DNA of 61,749 nucleotides, filler included, from Choristocarpus tenellus KU-1152 (lineage: Eukaryota; Protista; Phaeophyceae), in assembly GCA_964200185.2 (NCBI GenBank). It is 14 parts of 14 records of this genome, joined end to end, with 100 filler letters (N's around TTAATTAATTAA, not from the genome) between each part and the next. Parts side by side here need not be neighbours in the genome. Positions count along the whole stretch, not along the records: positions 50,250 to 52,977 come from CAXNAD020025259.1; positions 53,078 to 56,629 come from CAXNAD020019310.1; positions 56,730 to 61,749 come from CAXNAD020012140.1; 11 more parts are not named here. One strand, written 5' to 3'. A program made the translations under genes and the position numbers. The notes beneath the pieces were generated by a model. It was not told where the DNA came from and did no database searches. It saw only the letters and a list, made by a program, of their open reading frames with translations. This document shows positions 50,328 to 61,749 of the stretch, piece by piece (the first letter of the stretch is position 1; every line of letters starts with the position of its first letter).

Positions 50328-50437
50328 ACTTCCCTCAATTCGGTAGGGTCTCGTCCCGTCCGGATCACTGAATTCATTTATTAAGAGAGCCTCGAAGGCG
50401 TATCCCAGAGGAGTTACATTGCTCAGCCACCTCCAAC
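50328..50437 (-). CDS. ABCG (White-type) transporter membrane-domain exon
   Basis: GWRWLSNVTPLGYAFEALLINEF is the ABCG signature; splice phases match. Confidence 0.9.
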
Positions 50438-50766
50438 CTGACAAGGATGGGCAACGGATACAAATAGCTTCCAAGTGAATCCTCTCAAGGCATGAACCAA
50501 AGCGAGGATAGGTTCATCTGCGACAATACCCCCCAGGCGAACAAAATGTTCTCACTGCAGTGACCAGGATGAATTGGGGAATACGTCGGGTCTACAACGT
50601 AGTCTCGAAATCAATACCACAAGGAAATTGTACATGCGTGTGAGATCTTTTTATGTCCTTGAGAGCTCTGAAAAGTTTTTTTTTTTTTAAATCTCGTTTC
50701 GTGCCAATCAAAAAAATAAAAACAAAAGTTCAAGCAGTGATTCCGGAAAGCCATACATCTTAAAAT

Positions 50767-50886
50767 CCTCTTGCAATAATGCCACAGCTACAATGATACT
50801 GCACTAACCTCTTGCAATAATGCCACAGCTACAATAACACTACACTACCGCTAGTAATAATGCCACAGCAACAGTAATACTACACA
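50767..50886. repeat. ~41-bp tandem repeat x3 in an intron
   Basis: CCTCTTGCAATAATGCCACAGCTACAATGATACTGCACTAA units. Confidence 0.85.
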
Positions 50887-51858
50887 AGTAAAAAGATATC
50901 TATATATCTATATATTGAGGTCATGGGAGACGGTGCAGAACAAGCACGTTCTATTGGTTCAAAATTTCACAGAGGCGATCATCCCATTGGTGCACAGATC
51001 GACATCCCTCCATCCAATAATAAAGAACTCCATATTCTCAGCAATAGTACTCTAGGCACAAAACATGCATGCAGTGTGATCTGGTGCATGTTTCTAAGTA
51101 CAAGTGCAATACTCATATGTATATATACACACATATATATATATACATCACTCAGATATACAGCAGGTCATGGTTAAGGGTTAGGGATGGCAGAGTAGGT
51201 ACGTTCAAATAGTGACACACTATCGAGATACATCAAACCAACCACGTGTATGTATGCCCATCTGGAAAGGGGCCGAAGATAGCGAACCGTTCTTGTTCAA
51301 GGGGATCAAGACAGTACCCAAGAAGTCGCTAGACATTGAGATAAGATACCCCGCTACTCCACAGAGGCTATGGCAATAATTGCCTCACTCAAACCCAATA
51401 CCTTTGGTGCAAAATCCAGCACGTAGCAGATCAAAGTAGATCAAAGTACACAGAAATAAATGTAACTGTCGTCCTCGAGTTATAGTGAAGTCCGCTTATA
51501 AAGGATTCAGTAGGGTAAGTCTTAAAGAGGAACATCATCTCATACCCTCTGGGCCTACCAAAAACTGGAGCATGAAAATGGTTGGCACTACTGAATGTGT
51601 AACTGTCCCGTCTAAATAGGTGTACCTTTTTTTTTGCACCTGATATTTTCCGAGTCTCCCTCAGCACTAAAAATTGGCAAAACATTCATCAACGGACCAG
51701 GTATCCCAGGTCGATGAAACTATATGGCAGAACACATAACACACGTAACACACGTAACACACATAACACAACACATATATACACACATATACACATACAC
51801 ACATACACCACACTGGCAGTCGAAAAGTGCAAAACGCCTCATCAACCACTCTTCTTAC

Positions 51859-52009
51859 CCACAGGAATCCTGCTTCCATTGAGCAGGAACCTCCCGAACA
51901 CAGCAAAAGTGAGGACCATCAGACCCCCCACAAGGTTAGATTGGCTCGGCGGCAGCCCGGAGGCCCCAACGCCCATGGCAAAGAGCGCCACTGTCACATT
52001 TGTCAGGAC
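51859..52009 (-). CDS. ABCG transporter exon
   Basis: VLTNVTVALFAMGVG...FAVFGRFLLNGSRIPV; CAG acceptor, GTAAGA donor. Confidence 0.88.
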
Positions 52010-52586
52010 CTGTGACGCAGAAGAGATCAACAAAGGAGGTGGGGGGGTAGGTGAGAGTAGAATAATTGGATGAGGCTTAGGGGTCAGTTAGGCCTTCCAA
52101 GAGATTTGGCATCACTTAGGGTTGGGGTTCATTTAGTGAGTGCAGTGCGAACTTCATCGATACGTCGACAGGGTTAGGGAGGGTCAGGTTGAAGCCCGCC
52201 GTGGACAATTCCAAGCATCAGTCGGATAGCTCGGGAGGAAACCGTAAGACATGAACTCAGGGTTAGGGTTAGGGGGAGACAAGGCGGAGGGTCACATCAT
52301 GCCATACAGACGTCACAAGCAAGGCAGTAAATAGCACGTCCAAGGGCTGACGAAATCTAGGTTTTTAAGTACGCACTCCAAGGACTAGAAACCCAATGTG
52401 GTACATCAACATAGCGTTTGCCCTCACCTTAACCTTGACCATCAACTTGTGTGCTGACATTACTCTACCCTCCTCACCGTAATATAAACCCAAGAGCAGC
52501 TCTACCCTTTGATCTCAACCCCCCCTCCCGGCCCCCCTCCCCTTCCCTTCCCTTCCCTTCCCCCTGCCCCCAACAAAGTTTCTCAC

Positions 52587-52857
52587 CAGCACACCAGCAA
52601 ACCACAGAAGACACCAATCTCCATCCGCTGAGGTGTTGAGACCAGCCAGAGGGTAGGCAAGGACCGTCAACGCCAGGGGGGGAAGAGCCCTCACTAGGAG
52701 TAGGTCGAACATTGCCACTGCAAGGAAGTAAGGGCTGTGGGAGTAGAGTCCAGCTGCCCTTTCATGCAGGAACAGTCGACGCTCATGGCGCCACAGGGGC
52801 AGTGACGAGAGCCCCAGGAGGGACAGGTATAGCAGGAGGAAGAAGAGGACACCAAAC
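52587..52857 (-). CDS. ABCG transporter exon
   Basis: FGVLFFLLLYLSLLGLSSLPLWRHERRLFLHERAAGLYSHSPYFLA (ERxxFxxExxxGxY motif); AAG acceptor, GTGAGA donor. Confidence 0.9.
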
Positions 52858-53077
52858 CTTTCAAGGAGGTTATCAGGGGCAACACCAGCAGAGGAGCATC
52901 GGGTGGAAAGTAGGGAGGGTGTTTGTGCTCATGCACTTGTGCGTGCGTGTTTTCAGCAGGGCAGGGGGGGGGGGGGGNNNNNNNNNNNNNNNNNNNNNNN
53001 NNNNNNNNNNNNNNNNNNNNNTTAATTAATTAANNNNNNNNNNNNNNNNNNNNNNNNNNNNNNNNNNNNNNNNNNNN

Positions 53078-53105
53078 CCCCCCCCCCCCCCAGATACTTT
53101 GGGTC
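53078..53105 (-). mobile_element. MITE family B, terminal fragment
   Basis: C tract-AGATACTTTGGGTC. Confidence 0.85.
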
Positions 53106-53109
53106 AACT

Positions 53110-55100
53110 TGTCCTCTGTGGGCCAGTTCAGCTCAAGTTCATTGTAATTCACACATTCCAAGGATGACCCTCTTGGTCATCTTGTATGCTGTCGTTTTGG
53201 CGATGATTGTGATGTCCATGAGCTCATAGATACCGCCACCATTCAGACACCTGATGCTGCAGGCAAGAGACTTGGAACAGTTCTGTTCCTAAGGCAGCCT
53301 ATCCTGTTCTCCCTACCCTTTGGAGCGAAGGGTGTAACAGATGGTACAAGCAAGAACATGGAATTGTTTGGAAGATATGGGTCCTGCAGCATGTCCTGAC
53401 GTGGACATCCCATGACCGTCTCAATGTCCCGCCAACGATGAACATGTACTTCGACCATCTTGTTCCTATACGCCCAATTATTCATGTTGCGAGGAACAAG
53501 AATAATTGTACGTACTGAACAAATAATATTCCACCCACCATCGGTCCAATATCCCACCTTGAACCCTGACCATTGAAGATGTTATGCAATATCTCTTTAA
53601 ATTTACCTAGTGTGGAGTGTGCGAGATGTGATATCCAAGTGTGGTGTGTGGTGTGTTGTGGATGGGATGTCGAAGTTGGTTGGCAGAAAGAGATAGGGAC
53701 CGTACTGATTTCTGGTTTTAGAATCTGAAACAACAGTTCCTCTTCTATTTTACTTTATCATGCAACCACAAAAAGATCAAGTTTTGTCCCTTAAAACACG
53801 ACAAATCCATCCTACAGATCAATAGTGGTTCTCCTATGATGTGATTGGTTGTGTCATGATTATACTGATTATTGATCTATAATTTGATTTCTTCTGCTGT
53901 TGTGAGATACGTTGCTCGATCTTTCTTGAGCCTTTTTTCACTGTACATACGAAGCTAAGAATTTTACTTTTCGAGTACATAATCTCATATATTTCTCACA
54001 ATGGTTGTTGTATCCCTAACCCTAAGTAAACTTTGAACGTTCCTGAAAAATGGAGTGGATCTACACAGTACCTCTTACAAAAGAGGGGACCATCTTGCGG
54101 TCTGTCCAAGGGCTAACGCACGAATCAAGTTAGCGATAATTGTTCTGCTATTGGTGGTGTTGAAGTTATGTCTGAAAGGTGGGTCCCTCGTTCACCTTCC
54201 TATGTTCCTAATTGCCTCAATCTTTCTATGAAAAACATTGTGTAAAACATCTATTGCAGTGATTGATACGTACCCAAGTGTATGCGTTTGGACTGTGGAA
54301 GTACGTTTTTCTATTGTTTGTTTGCTCACCCATGAGTACCCAGCCTGTCACCTTAGGTTCCTGAGGTTCCTGAGGGGGGCTAGTTAGCTCTGTGGTCCCT
54401 CCTGGTGGTATTGCAATGGTTTCAGGATAGGTGTTCGAACAGATTATGTACTGTTCTGTTCGTTTCAAACCATCCCAACCTGTGGTGAAGCACATCTGCC
54501 TCTTGGCTCGTGCATGGACTCACGCACCCTAACCTTTCGCAAACCATCAGGACTCGTTCCTGCTAGGTGGTAGAACGCTTTTCATTCCGGAACTGGGTCT
54601 GCAACCACCACCTAAGGGTGAGTGCACTCGGCCTTGTACTCTACGTTTTTGTGTAGTGTAGGCGGGCAGAGGGATTTGTAGTCCTTAAGGCTTCGGACTA
54701 GTTGATGTCCTCCTCAAATCCGGAGCCTAAGTCCAAACCAGTATGGGCGAAATTGTTCGGCGATACGCTGGCTTCGCCAACAGAGAGGCGCTCCCGGCGC
54801 AACAGTACGGCGTCTAGGGTACCCTCAGTCGGCGAGAACAGTAACCATTCGAAGGTGAGTGAGATTCTGGCGATATGAACCCATGCCGGTTGTAAAACTC
54901 TTTTTGTACGAGGGTGTTGCCACGCTTGCTATAGCTTGTGCTATACTGACAATATGTTCGTGCGCAGCTCGCTGAAACCTTGAGGGGTGGAATGGTTGAA
55001 AGCGTCAACCTGTACGTCTCTCGATTTTTTTGTTGCATCTCCCCATTGACTCTTCATGGGCCCGGTGGGACGACTGAAGAAAGGAAAGTGAAGCATCCTT
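53110..55100 (-). mobile_element. Probable decayed retroelement sequence
   Basis: Fragmentary gag/integrase-like frames; no unambiguous motif. Confidence 0.25.
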
Positions 55101-56550
55101 TCTAGTCAATAGGTCAGACGTCGGCAGTGCCATGCATTTCCAATTGAAATGCTCTTTGTTTCATCCACGTGGGGTTGACCACTGGGCACAAACAAAAGGG
55201 CACACATGGGATGACTGCTCCGTGGGGAATGACGCTTACTTGAGGTATACTTACTGCTGGTACTGTTGTCAAGGGACCTGACTTCGATGTGTCTTCATCG
55301 ACTGCAATATGTTCGCCACCCTCCCTGCACCCATGCTTTCACCTCTGTGATCGAAGTAACCTTATCACAGAGCAATTTGTGCTTATCCTTTTTGCATAAC
55401 TTAAACCCCCTGTCCTACCTAGGGGCATGGATACATCCGCATTTGTGTGTAGTTGTTTGATGAGTGTGGTTTAGCTTCATGTCAGGCCCTATTGAACGGG
55501 CGAATAACTTTCGGCAAAGCAGCAATCAAAATGACGTGATGTCTGCGGTCCACTGCCTGAACAAATTCGTCCCTGTGTAATCATTTTGTGTGAGAGTGTA
55601 TACACGTACCTGTGGTGAGCTGTTACGCCTATGCATATGCCTCATGCTTGCAGTGTGATGTACGGTAGAGCTGCAAGGTCAAACACACCCTTTTTTGTCA
55701 CAAATATCCCGTCAATAGTGTGCGCAACACCCAAAACTGCCGTGAAAGTTCCGAAAGAGGTACTGGAATGCTGCTCAATGATTTCACACGAGAGCAAAGA
55801 CACTTTTCGCAATACATCCGCCGCCGTGCCGCGATCGGGCAACTAACTGGAACAATCTCTCACCGTTACGAACGAATACATTCTTAACTTTTTTTTTTCT
55901 TTTTTTTTGCAAAATAATAAATGTAAAAAAAGCCCTGTATTGTTGTTGACTATTACTGTGCCATCCGCGTTTTTGAGTACAACCACTGCAGACAATGGAT
56001 GGCTCACCCCCAATTCAATCATTTAGAAGGCTGTTGAGGTCTCCCCCTTCCTTGGGGGGGCTCTGTTCCACATTTAAGCTAAGCCCTCCAGGTCAGGGTC
56101 GGCTTGAAGACCCTTTATCTTACCTGCCTGGGGATAGTGGCGGGAGCGATCAGTGGATTCCGAGGGTAAAAATAATAATATAATCAACTGTTGATCAGTG
56201 TTGTAGTAGGAAACATGTCATAGGTGAGATCGGCAGCTCAGCAACAGAATTTTACTACTGTCATGTGCAGCCCCATTTTAGAGGATCCTGCCTGCAGTGT
56301 TGAACTTGGACGCACCGTCCAATCAGAACCGAGGAGCAAGTGAAACCGATAAATGTGAAATCTTTAAAAAAAAGAAGAAAAAACTGGTTGGAAAACTCAG
56401 CTTTTTCTTTTTGCCAGCCTCTTTGCACGCAGGTTCTCAGACGCATGAATCTCTATTGACAACAGTGGTGCATTTCAGATAAAAAAAAAAGGATAGTGTG
56501 CTGCTATATGATTTTTTTTTCCCTCTTTACGAAATCGAGACTTTAGTAGA

Positions 56551-56600
56551 GGCTCAAAGTATTTGGAGTGGGGGGGGGGGGGGGGGGGGGGGGGGGCTCT
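56551..56600 (-). mobile_element. MITE family B end running into poly-G
   Basis: GGCTCAAAGTATTTGG followed by a G run. Confidence 0.75.
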
Positions 56601-57491
56601 CTGGGGGCCCCTTTTTCTTTTTTTTGTTTNNNNNNNNNNNNNNNNNNNNNNNNNNNNNNNNNNNNNNNNNNNNTTAATTAATTAANNNNNNNNNNNNNNN
56701 NNNNNNNNNNNNNNNNNNNNNNNNNNNNNGTGATCTTTTTCCAGCCCTGCCTGTGCCCTCCCCCTTTTTTACTGGTGTCATTATTTTGTGCTGTAAAATC
56801 TATTTTGTTATTATTTTGCAGGCGTTATTCCTTACCTTGTACAGTGCCTTGTTAGGTGTAACCTTTGGCAAGGCAGTATGCAGCAATCCATATTTTTGAC
56901 TTCCTTTGGTGTGGGACATGATATGGGTTAGGGTCATGACATGGGTCACAAGAAGTGTCCATTCTCAAGTATTTATTATTATTTTCTCAAAAAAAAAAAT
57001 CGAAATGGAAGGAATAGGAGTCTTGCGTGAGAGAGTGACCAAACACTTGTGCCAATTTTTATTTTGTGGGAGGCATGCTGTGCAATGGCTCACATTTATG
57101 AAGGGATAGTGATGCAATCTGATATATGTATGTTATTCATTATTATTGTCATTATTATTGCCCAGTACCCCTTGCTTGATGGAGGTTTTGCATGGCAGGC
57201 GTACAAAGAGGTGTCTTATCCCTACCCCCCCCTTCCCTCCCCTCCACTCCCTGATTACACATGCCACAAATAGCCATTTTTGAGCACTAACTAGCGACAT
57301 CCCCCCAAGATCTCCTCTTATCTTCTATTGAAGTGATCCTCTAGTTTGTTAAGGGCTTTTCTTACTGTATGCAGACTGTTTCTCAAGCAGTACTTTACTC
57401 CATTTGTGTGCTAACCTTGTTGTCTTTTCTTATCCTTTCTTGTCTCATCTCATCTCATCTCATCTCTTCTTATCTTACCCTGCAACTGCAG

Positions 57492-57659
57492 TGCCTTGGT
57501 GAACGTGTGGGAAAAAATGAGAAAACACGGATAACTTGTAGACTGCAGGGTCCTGGTTCAGGGCCTCCTTGCCGGGAGCCAGCTGTAAGTGAAGAGGAGC
57601 GCAAGGCAATGATGGCTTTCTACTTCAAGCGGCAGGAGGAGCTTAAGAAACTCTCAGAG
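57492..57659 (+). CDS. CFAP298: Cilia- and flagella-associated protein 298 (C21orf59/Kurly) exon
   Basis: VGKNEKTRITCRLQGPGSGPPCREPAVSEEERKAMMAFYFKRQEELKKL matches the CFAP298 GKNEKT..REP..RQEELK motifs; canonical splice sites. Confidence 0.92.
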
Positions 57660-58048
57660 GTGATGATCCCCTCCTTTATAGTTACTAGCACAGTGTTACA
57701 GCTCTGTGCGCACTGCTTTGAAGTAGGTTAGGGTTAGGGTTAGGGTTATCTTACCGGTAAAACAAAGCACAACACTAGTACCATAACGAGTATATTTTTG
57801 GTAAGAATATGGATTAGGGTTAGGGTTAGAGTTAGCCTGCTATGAAAGAAAAGATCTGAAATGTGTGAGTAGAGGATTGCTCGTGACAATTGTCCCATGT
57901 TGAAAGGCTTGGTAATATTCTTGTGACTAATGCATCCCCGTATTTTTTTGAGGGCTTTTCATTGGGCAGGCAAATTAAAATACTTCCATATCTGCTGGCC
58001 GGACTGGTCCCACAATTGTTTCATGTTAAGGTCCAGGACCACCAGAGG

Positions 58049-58153
58049 TTGTACTGTTCCATGTCCACTGGTTGGACCGGCTCTAATATCCTCTAACATT
58101 TACAGACCATGGCCATTGGGCAATTGTACTGTTCCATGTCCACTGGTTGGACC
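58049..58153. repeat. 30-bp perfect direct repeat in an intronic element followed by (CTAACC)n
   Basis: TTGTACTGTTCCATGTCCACTGGTTGGACC at 58049-58078 and 58124-58153. Confidence 0.88.
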
Positions 58154-58637
58154 AGGTCTAACCCTAACCCTAACATGTCTGGTCCCTACGGTGGAAATTG
58201 GGTTAGGATTTGTTTGTGCAGGTGTTGCTTTTGTGGCAGTTCTCTTTCAGTAGGTTTAATATTGTATATATTGTATACACTATACGACTGACCTCAGGTC
58301 TTACCAAATTTTCATTGCTTTTTTTTATTTATCAAATTGGTTGCACAATATCCCTGCTTGTATTGTCACAGTTTGGGAAGTTTTGGTTGTACACGATTTT
58401 TTTTGTCCTATTTCATGTTACTGTTACTGCTACTGTTACTGTTACTGTTCAAACACATTGTTTCTTTTTCCCCAATGGTAAATACTGATGGTAAGCAGTG
58501 ATCCTTCTTGTTGCCAATGGCTTTCTTCAATAAAAGGGAGTAAAACAGCACAGAATCTGCCCTGTTACCACTCAAAGCCCCTCCCCCTTGACTCTTTTTC
58601 TGTGTGTGTGTGGATTGCCTTTGTGTGTGTTTGGTAG

Positions 58638-58736
58638 GCTAATGAGGATGACTATCTTGCCTCAGCCTGGGCTGACCCCAAGCAGCTACAGAAGTCGCTA
58701 AGGGGGACAAGTACTGTACGTGCCCCTGGTGTGTAA
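58638..58736 (+). CDS. CFAP298: CFAP298 C-terminal exon
   Basis: ANEDDYLASAWADPKQLQKSLRG matches DDxYLxSxWAD; phase 0; TAA at 58734 (possible extra intron, see findings). Confidence 0.9.
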   Translation, partial: ANEDDYLASAWADPKQLQKSLRGTSTVRAPGV

Positions 58737-59929
58737 GTGAGAGAGAGGATCATTGGTCAGATAGATGACCATGTAGAGAGTCTGAATATGGGAAGTGGAA
58801 AATGGTTGTTGCAGGGTAAGTTGATTATATTGGCTTGATGCAACATTGGTGATCATATGGGCTTCAGGAAGGTTGTGGGCAATCCTGTTGGGGTATCCCT
58901 GTATTTTTGCTAACCCTAACCCTAACCCTGTTAACGCACCGTTCATGATGCAGGACACAGTACAGATAAACCCTGTATTTATGATAGTGTGTTTGAGTGT
59001 GTGTGTGTGTGGTTGTGTGTGTGTTAAATGTGTTGTTTGGTTGTTGTTGCTCAACTTTTTTGTGTTCAGGGTTGATCAACTTCGTTGTGGGTGAGGTGGA
59101 CGTGAGGGATGACTTTGCAAGGTCGTTTTGGAAGGTAACTCTTACACATTTTTTTTTCCTTTTTGTGTTCTATACTCAAAAGAAATTTCTAAGAAATTGA
59201 CTGAAGAAAATGACCTTGGACAACAGGGTTCAGGGACTGACTCCATACCTTTGTTAGATGGCAATTGACAAATAGCAGGCATCGCTCCCTTTGCCATCCA
59301 GTGCTGGATTGAAACACGAACTGATCACTAGTTAGGGGTAAAGAAAATATTATTCATAATTTAATATTATTATTCATAATTTGTTAAAGTCTCTGGGGTT
59401 GGCGTTGGTCATACTTCTGGACAGTTGGCAGTTCTGGATTAGAGGTTGTGTGGTCCTACACTCCTAACCTCTTTCCCTCCATCTAATGTGTTGTTGAGAA
59501 GAGTTTGGAGATTATGGATAGTTGCTCTTTCATGGCTTTCATCCCATACAAGTAGTAGAGTTGTCGTACACTCCCACCCCAGTACAGTGTTTCTGATCTT
59601 TGCTTTCTGCTATAGAAGAGGAAATTTGAGATGGACGGAAAGGGAGGAATTGAACACAACAGTGGCAGGTATCAGTAGCAGGCCTTGTTTTGTTTTTATT
59701 CTGCTGTTTAGTGCAAAGGGGCTGGTGATATGATCACTTCATGGGAGCAATCAAGTTGTCCTTCCTGATGTATTGAATAGTAGCAGCAGCATCCCTTCAG
59801 ATGATCAGTAACACAGTCACAATAACTTAGGGTTACCCTAACCCTAACCCTAACCCAGATGATCAGTAACAATAACTCAGCTAGCCTAGTGGGGGGTGCT
59901 GTTGTTGTTGATGTCTCTGTGACTAGTTT

Positions 59930-60188
59930 ATGAGTTACATCTTCATGTCCCTACACCCTCCAATCCAATGACAAAATATGGGAAATATTGGAAATCTTTC
60001 CAAAGCATCTCTTCTTACTCATCCGCAGGCTCACTCTTGTCGGGTGTGAAATGACTTTGGACAATGAAATGGGGTTCATGCATCACAGTAATGATGAGTT
60101 GCGAAAATCCTCCACACTGTAGTATACATCAGAATATGATTCTGACTACAGTCTAGGCTTCACTCTACTGCTGCTGTATGGAGCGTGA

Positions 60189-60224
<36 letters not shown>

Positions 60225-60719
60225 TTTGCTCCAATGCCTTCTTGTCCAAGTTGGAATGGATGAAAATGAAGTTGTGGTGACACCTTGGATTAGTGTATGG
60301 AAAAGCACCAATAATGTTCTTTTGGTTCTTTAGTGGTTTGCTCTTACAGCAAAGTATTTTCCTCACTTGAGATATTTTATGCAGACCTGAACCTGGGGTG
60401 GAGATCCCACGCAACTTCAGACATTTGCTACAATGATGGCTCAACTTGTGGGTAGGGTGTGTGGATGGGGACATAGACCATCATGATGGCAGTGTAGTCC
60501 AACTGTAAGAATTTTAACCTGTACTATATTTTATTTGTAATGTTTGAGTGCACCAAGTACTCAATTCTTACATATACTCTTGGAGTACTTACATACCATG
60601 TAAGTACTATGTACAATGTAAATGGTGTACATGATACCAAGACTTCCACGCTGTAATACATTCACTCCTCATGCCTTGCAGTCCAACTACTCTGGCCTGC
60701 AATATATTCATTGTCTATG
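59930..60719 (-). mobile_element. Decayed Copia RT remnant
   Basis: 60160-60474 frame resembles the PxG..KLxKSLYGLKQ..GF..SxxD region; very degenerate. Confidence 0.35.
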
Positions 60720-60973
60720 GAGTAAAAGTATCTTAGAAGGGTACGAGTTTTGCTCTGTCCATTTGGGGCTTGGCTTCCCATGTTTTTTTTATTACTTTTC
60801 CTAACACCAAAATGTTTCGGAGTAGGTAAAATGTATACCTTATGAAAGGTGTTTATGGAACAAGGATACTGACACTTCCTAATAAACATGATAGCCAACA
60901 TTACATCAAAATCTCAACATTGGATTTTGGCCCCCAAATGGACGAGTTTGTACCCTCTAAGATAATTTGACTC
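60720..60973 (-). mobile_element. MITE family A
   Basis: Both TIRs; flanks ATG/GTG. Confidence 0.92.
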
Positions 60974-61724
60974 GTGGCACATTCCTTGCTTCCTGTTCAC
61001 CCTTTATCTATGAGGGACACAACACAGCTGACAGGCAAACTGATACGGCCTGCACTCAGATACTGACTCCTACCCAAAGCACAACAAGCAAGTGGGCAAG
61101 AAATGTGCTTAGTAGTTGCCTCATTAGAATGAAAGAACGGGAAAAACGATTTCATTGACACTTTTGACTTATTTCGAATTTTCACTGTTAGGGTTAGGGT
61201 TGCCTACTACTACTGTACTACTGAAGAAAAAACCTCACTCAAACTTGCTGATCACAAGAGAAATCACGACACATCAGAGTGGAACAATACTATTCATTCA
61301 TCATGGAATTATGAAGTGGCCCATCCATCCATATTATTTTGTTTCTAAACCTATGTGTGGAGCAGGCGTAAGTAGGCATGAGCTTACTTTATATTGTGCC
61401 CTTTTTTGCAATTAATAGTGATCATATCATGATATGTATGAGCGAGGCAGATGGTTCGATTAGCAAGGGGGGCAGTCTTACCTATGGAGAATATTGGTGA
61501 AAAGATGATAGAAATGAACACTTCCCAGAACGTTGAGAGGTCAGCAAGCACTTTGGCTGATTGTGATTGGGAATCTCGGACCTTTTCCTAGGATGTCACA
61601 TTATTGTGACTTTCTAGAATGTACATAACGAGAATCCTTAAAGCATCTCAGAAACCTGTTGGTGTTCTGTGTGTCATCAATTCAAAGGACTTGATCACAA
61701 AAAGCGGAAGTCTGAGAACGGTTA

Positions 61725-61749
61725 GACCCAAAGTATCTGGGAGGGGGGG
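61725..61749 (+). mobile_element. MITE family B end at window edge
   Basis: GACCCAAAGTATCTGGGAGGGGGGG. Confidence 0.85.

Noticed and set aside
55609-55847. Minus-strand exon-like segment with in-frame TGA (selenoprotein idea)
   Set aside because: No recognisable family, redox motif or SECIS; other frames are also closed.
1-61749. Functional clustering of DENR, WW, ABCG, CFAP298 and FNIP genes; also Fanzor/TnpB or RAG-like ORFs
   Set aside because: The genes lie on separate unlinked contigs. No RuvC, RAG1 or Transib motifs were recognised by eye; a profile search would be needed to exclude decayed copies.

Overview
Eukaryotic nuclear DNA, not one locus. The window is 14 short contigs joined by an artificial 100-nt linker (44 N + TTAATTAATTAA + 44 N), so nothing can be inferred across linkers. 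Spliceosomal introns, a flagellar gene (CFAP298), short TTAGGG-type repeats and an Ectocarpus-like RTE LINE suggest a brown alga or related stramenopile (inference). Partial host genes: DENR, a low-complexity protein, a coiled-coil protein, a two-WW-domain protein, an ABCG transporter membrane domain and CFAP298. Most of the rest is decayed transposons (Copia, Gypsy/chromovirus, LINEs, hAT, a Tc1/IS630-like fragment) plus an intronless FNIP-repeat pseudogene. The most notable structure is a pair of abundant MITE families (A, ~260 bp; B, ~185 bp). Their internal sequences differ, but they share bipartite asymmetric ends: AAAGTATCT, then a short (16 nt) or long (26 nt in A) spacer, then GTCCATTTGGGG. 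Target duplications are a mix of 3 and 4 bp. A 2.3-kb element with the same two ends contains an 80-bp hairpin and a possible P2X7-ballast/KolX-like ORF relic. All protein family calls are by eye from motifs; no searches were run.
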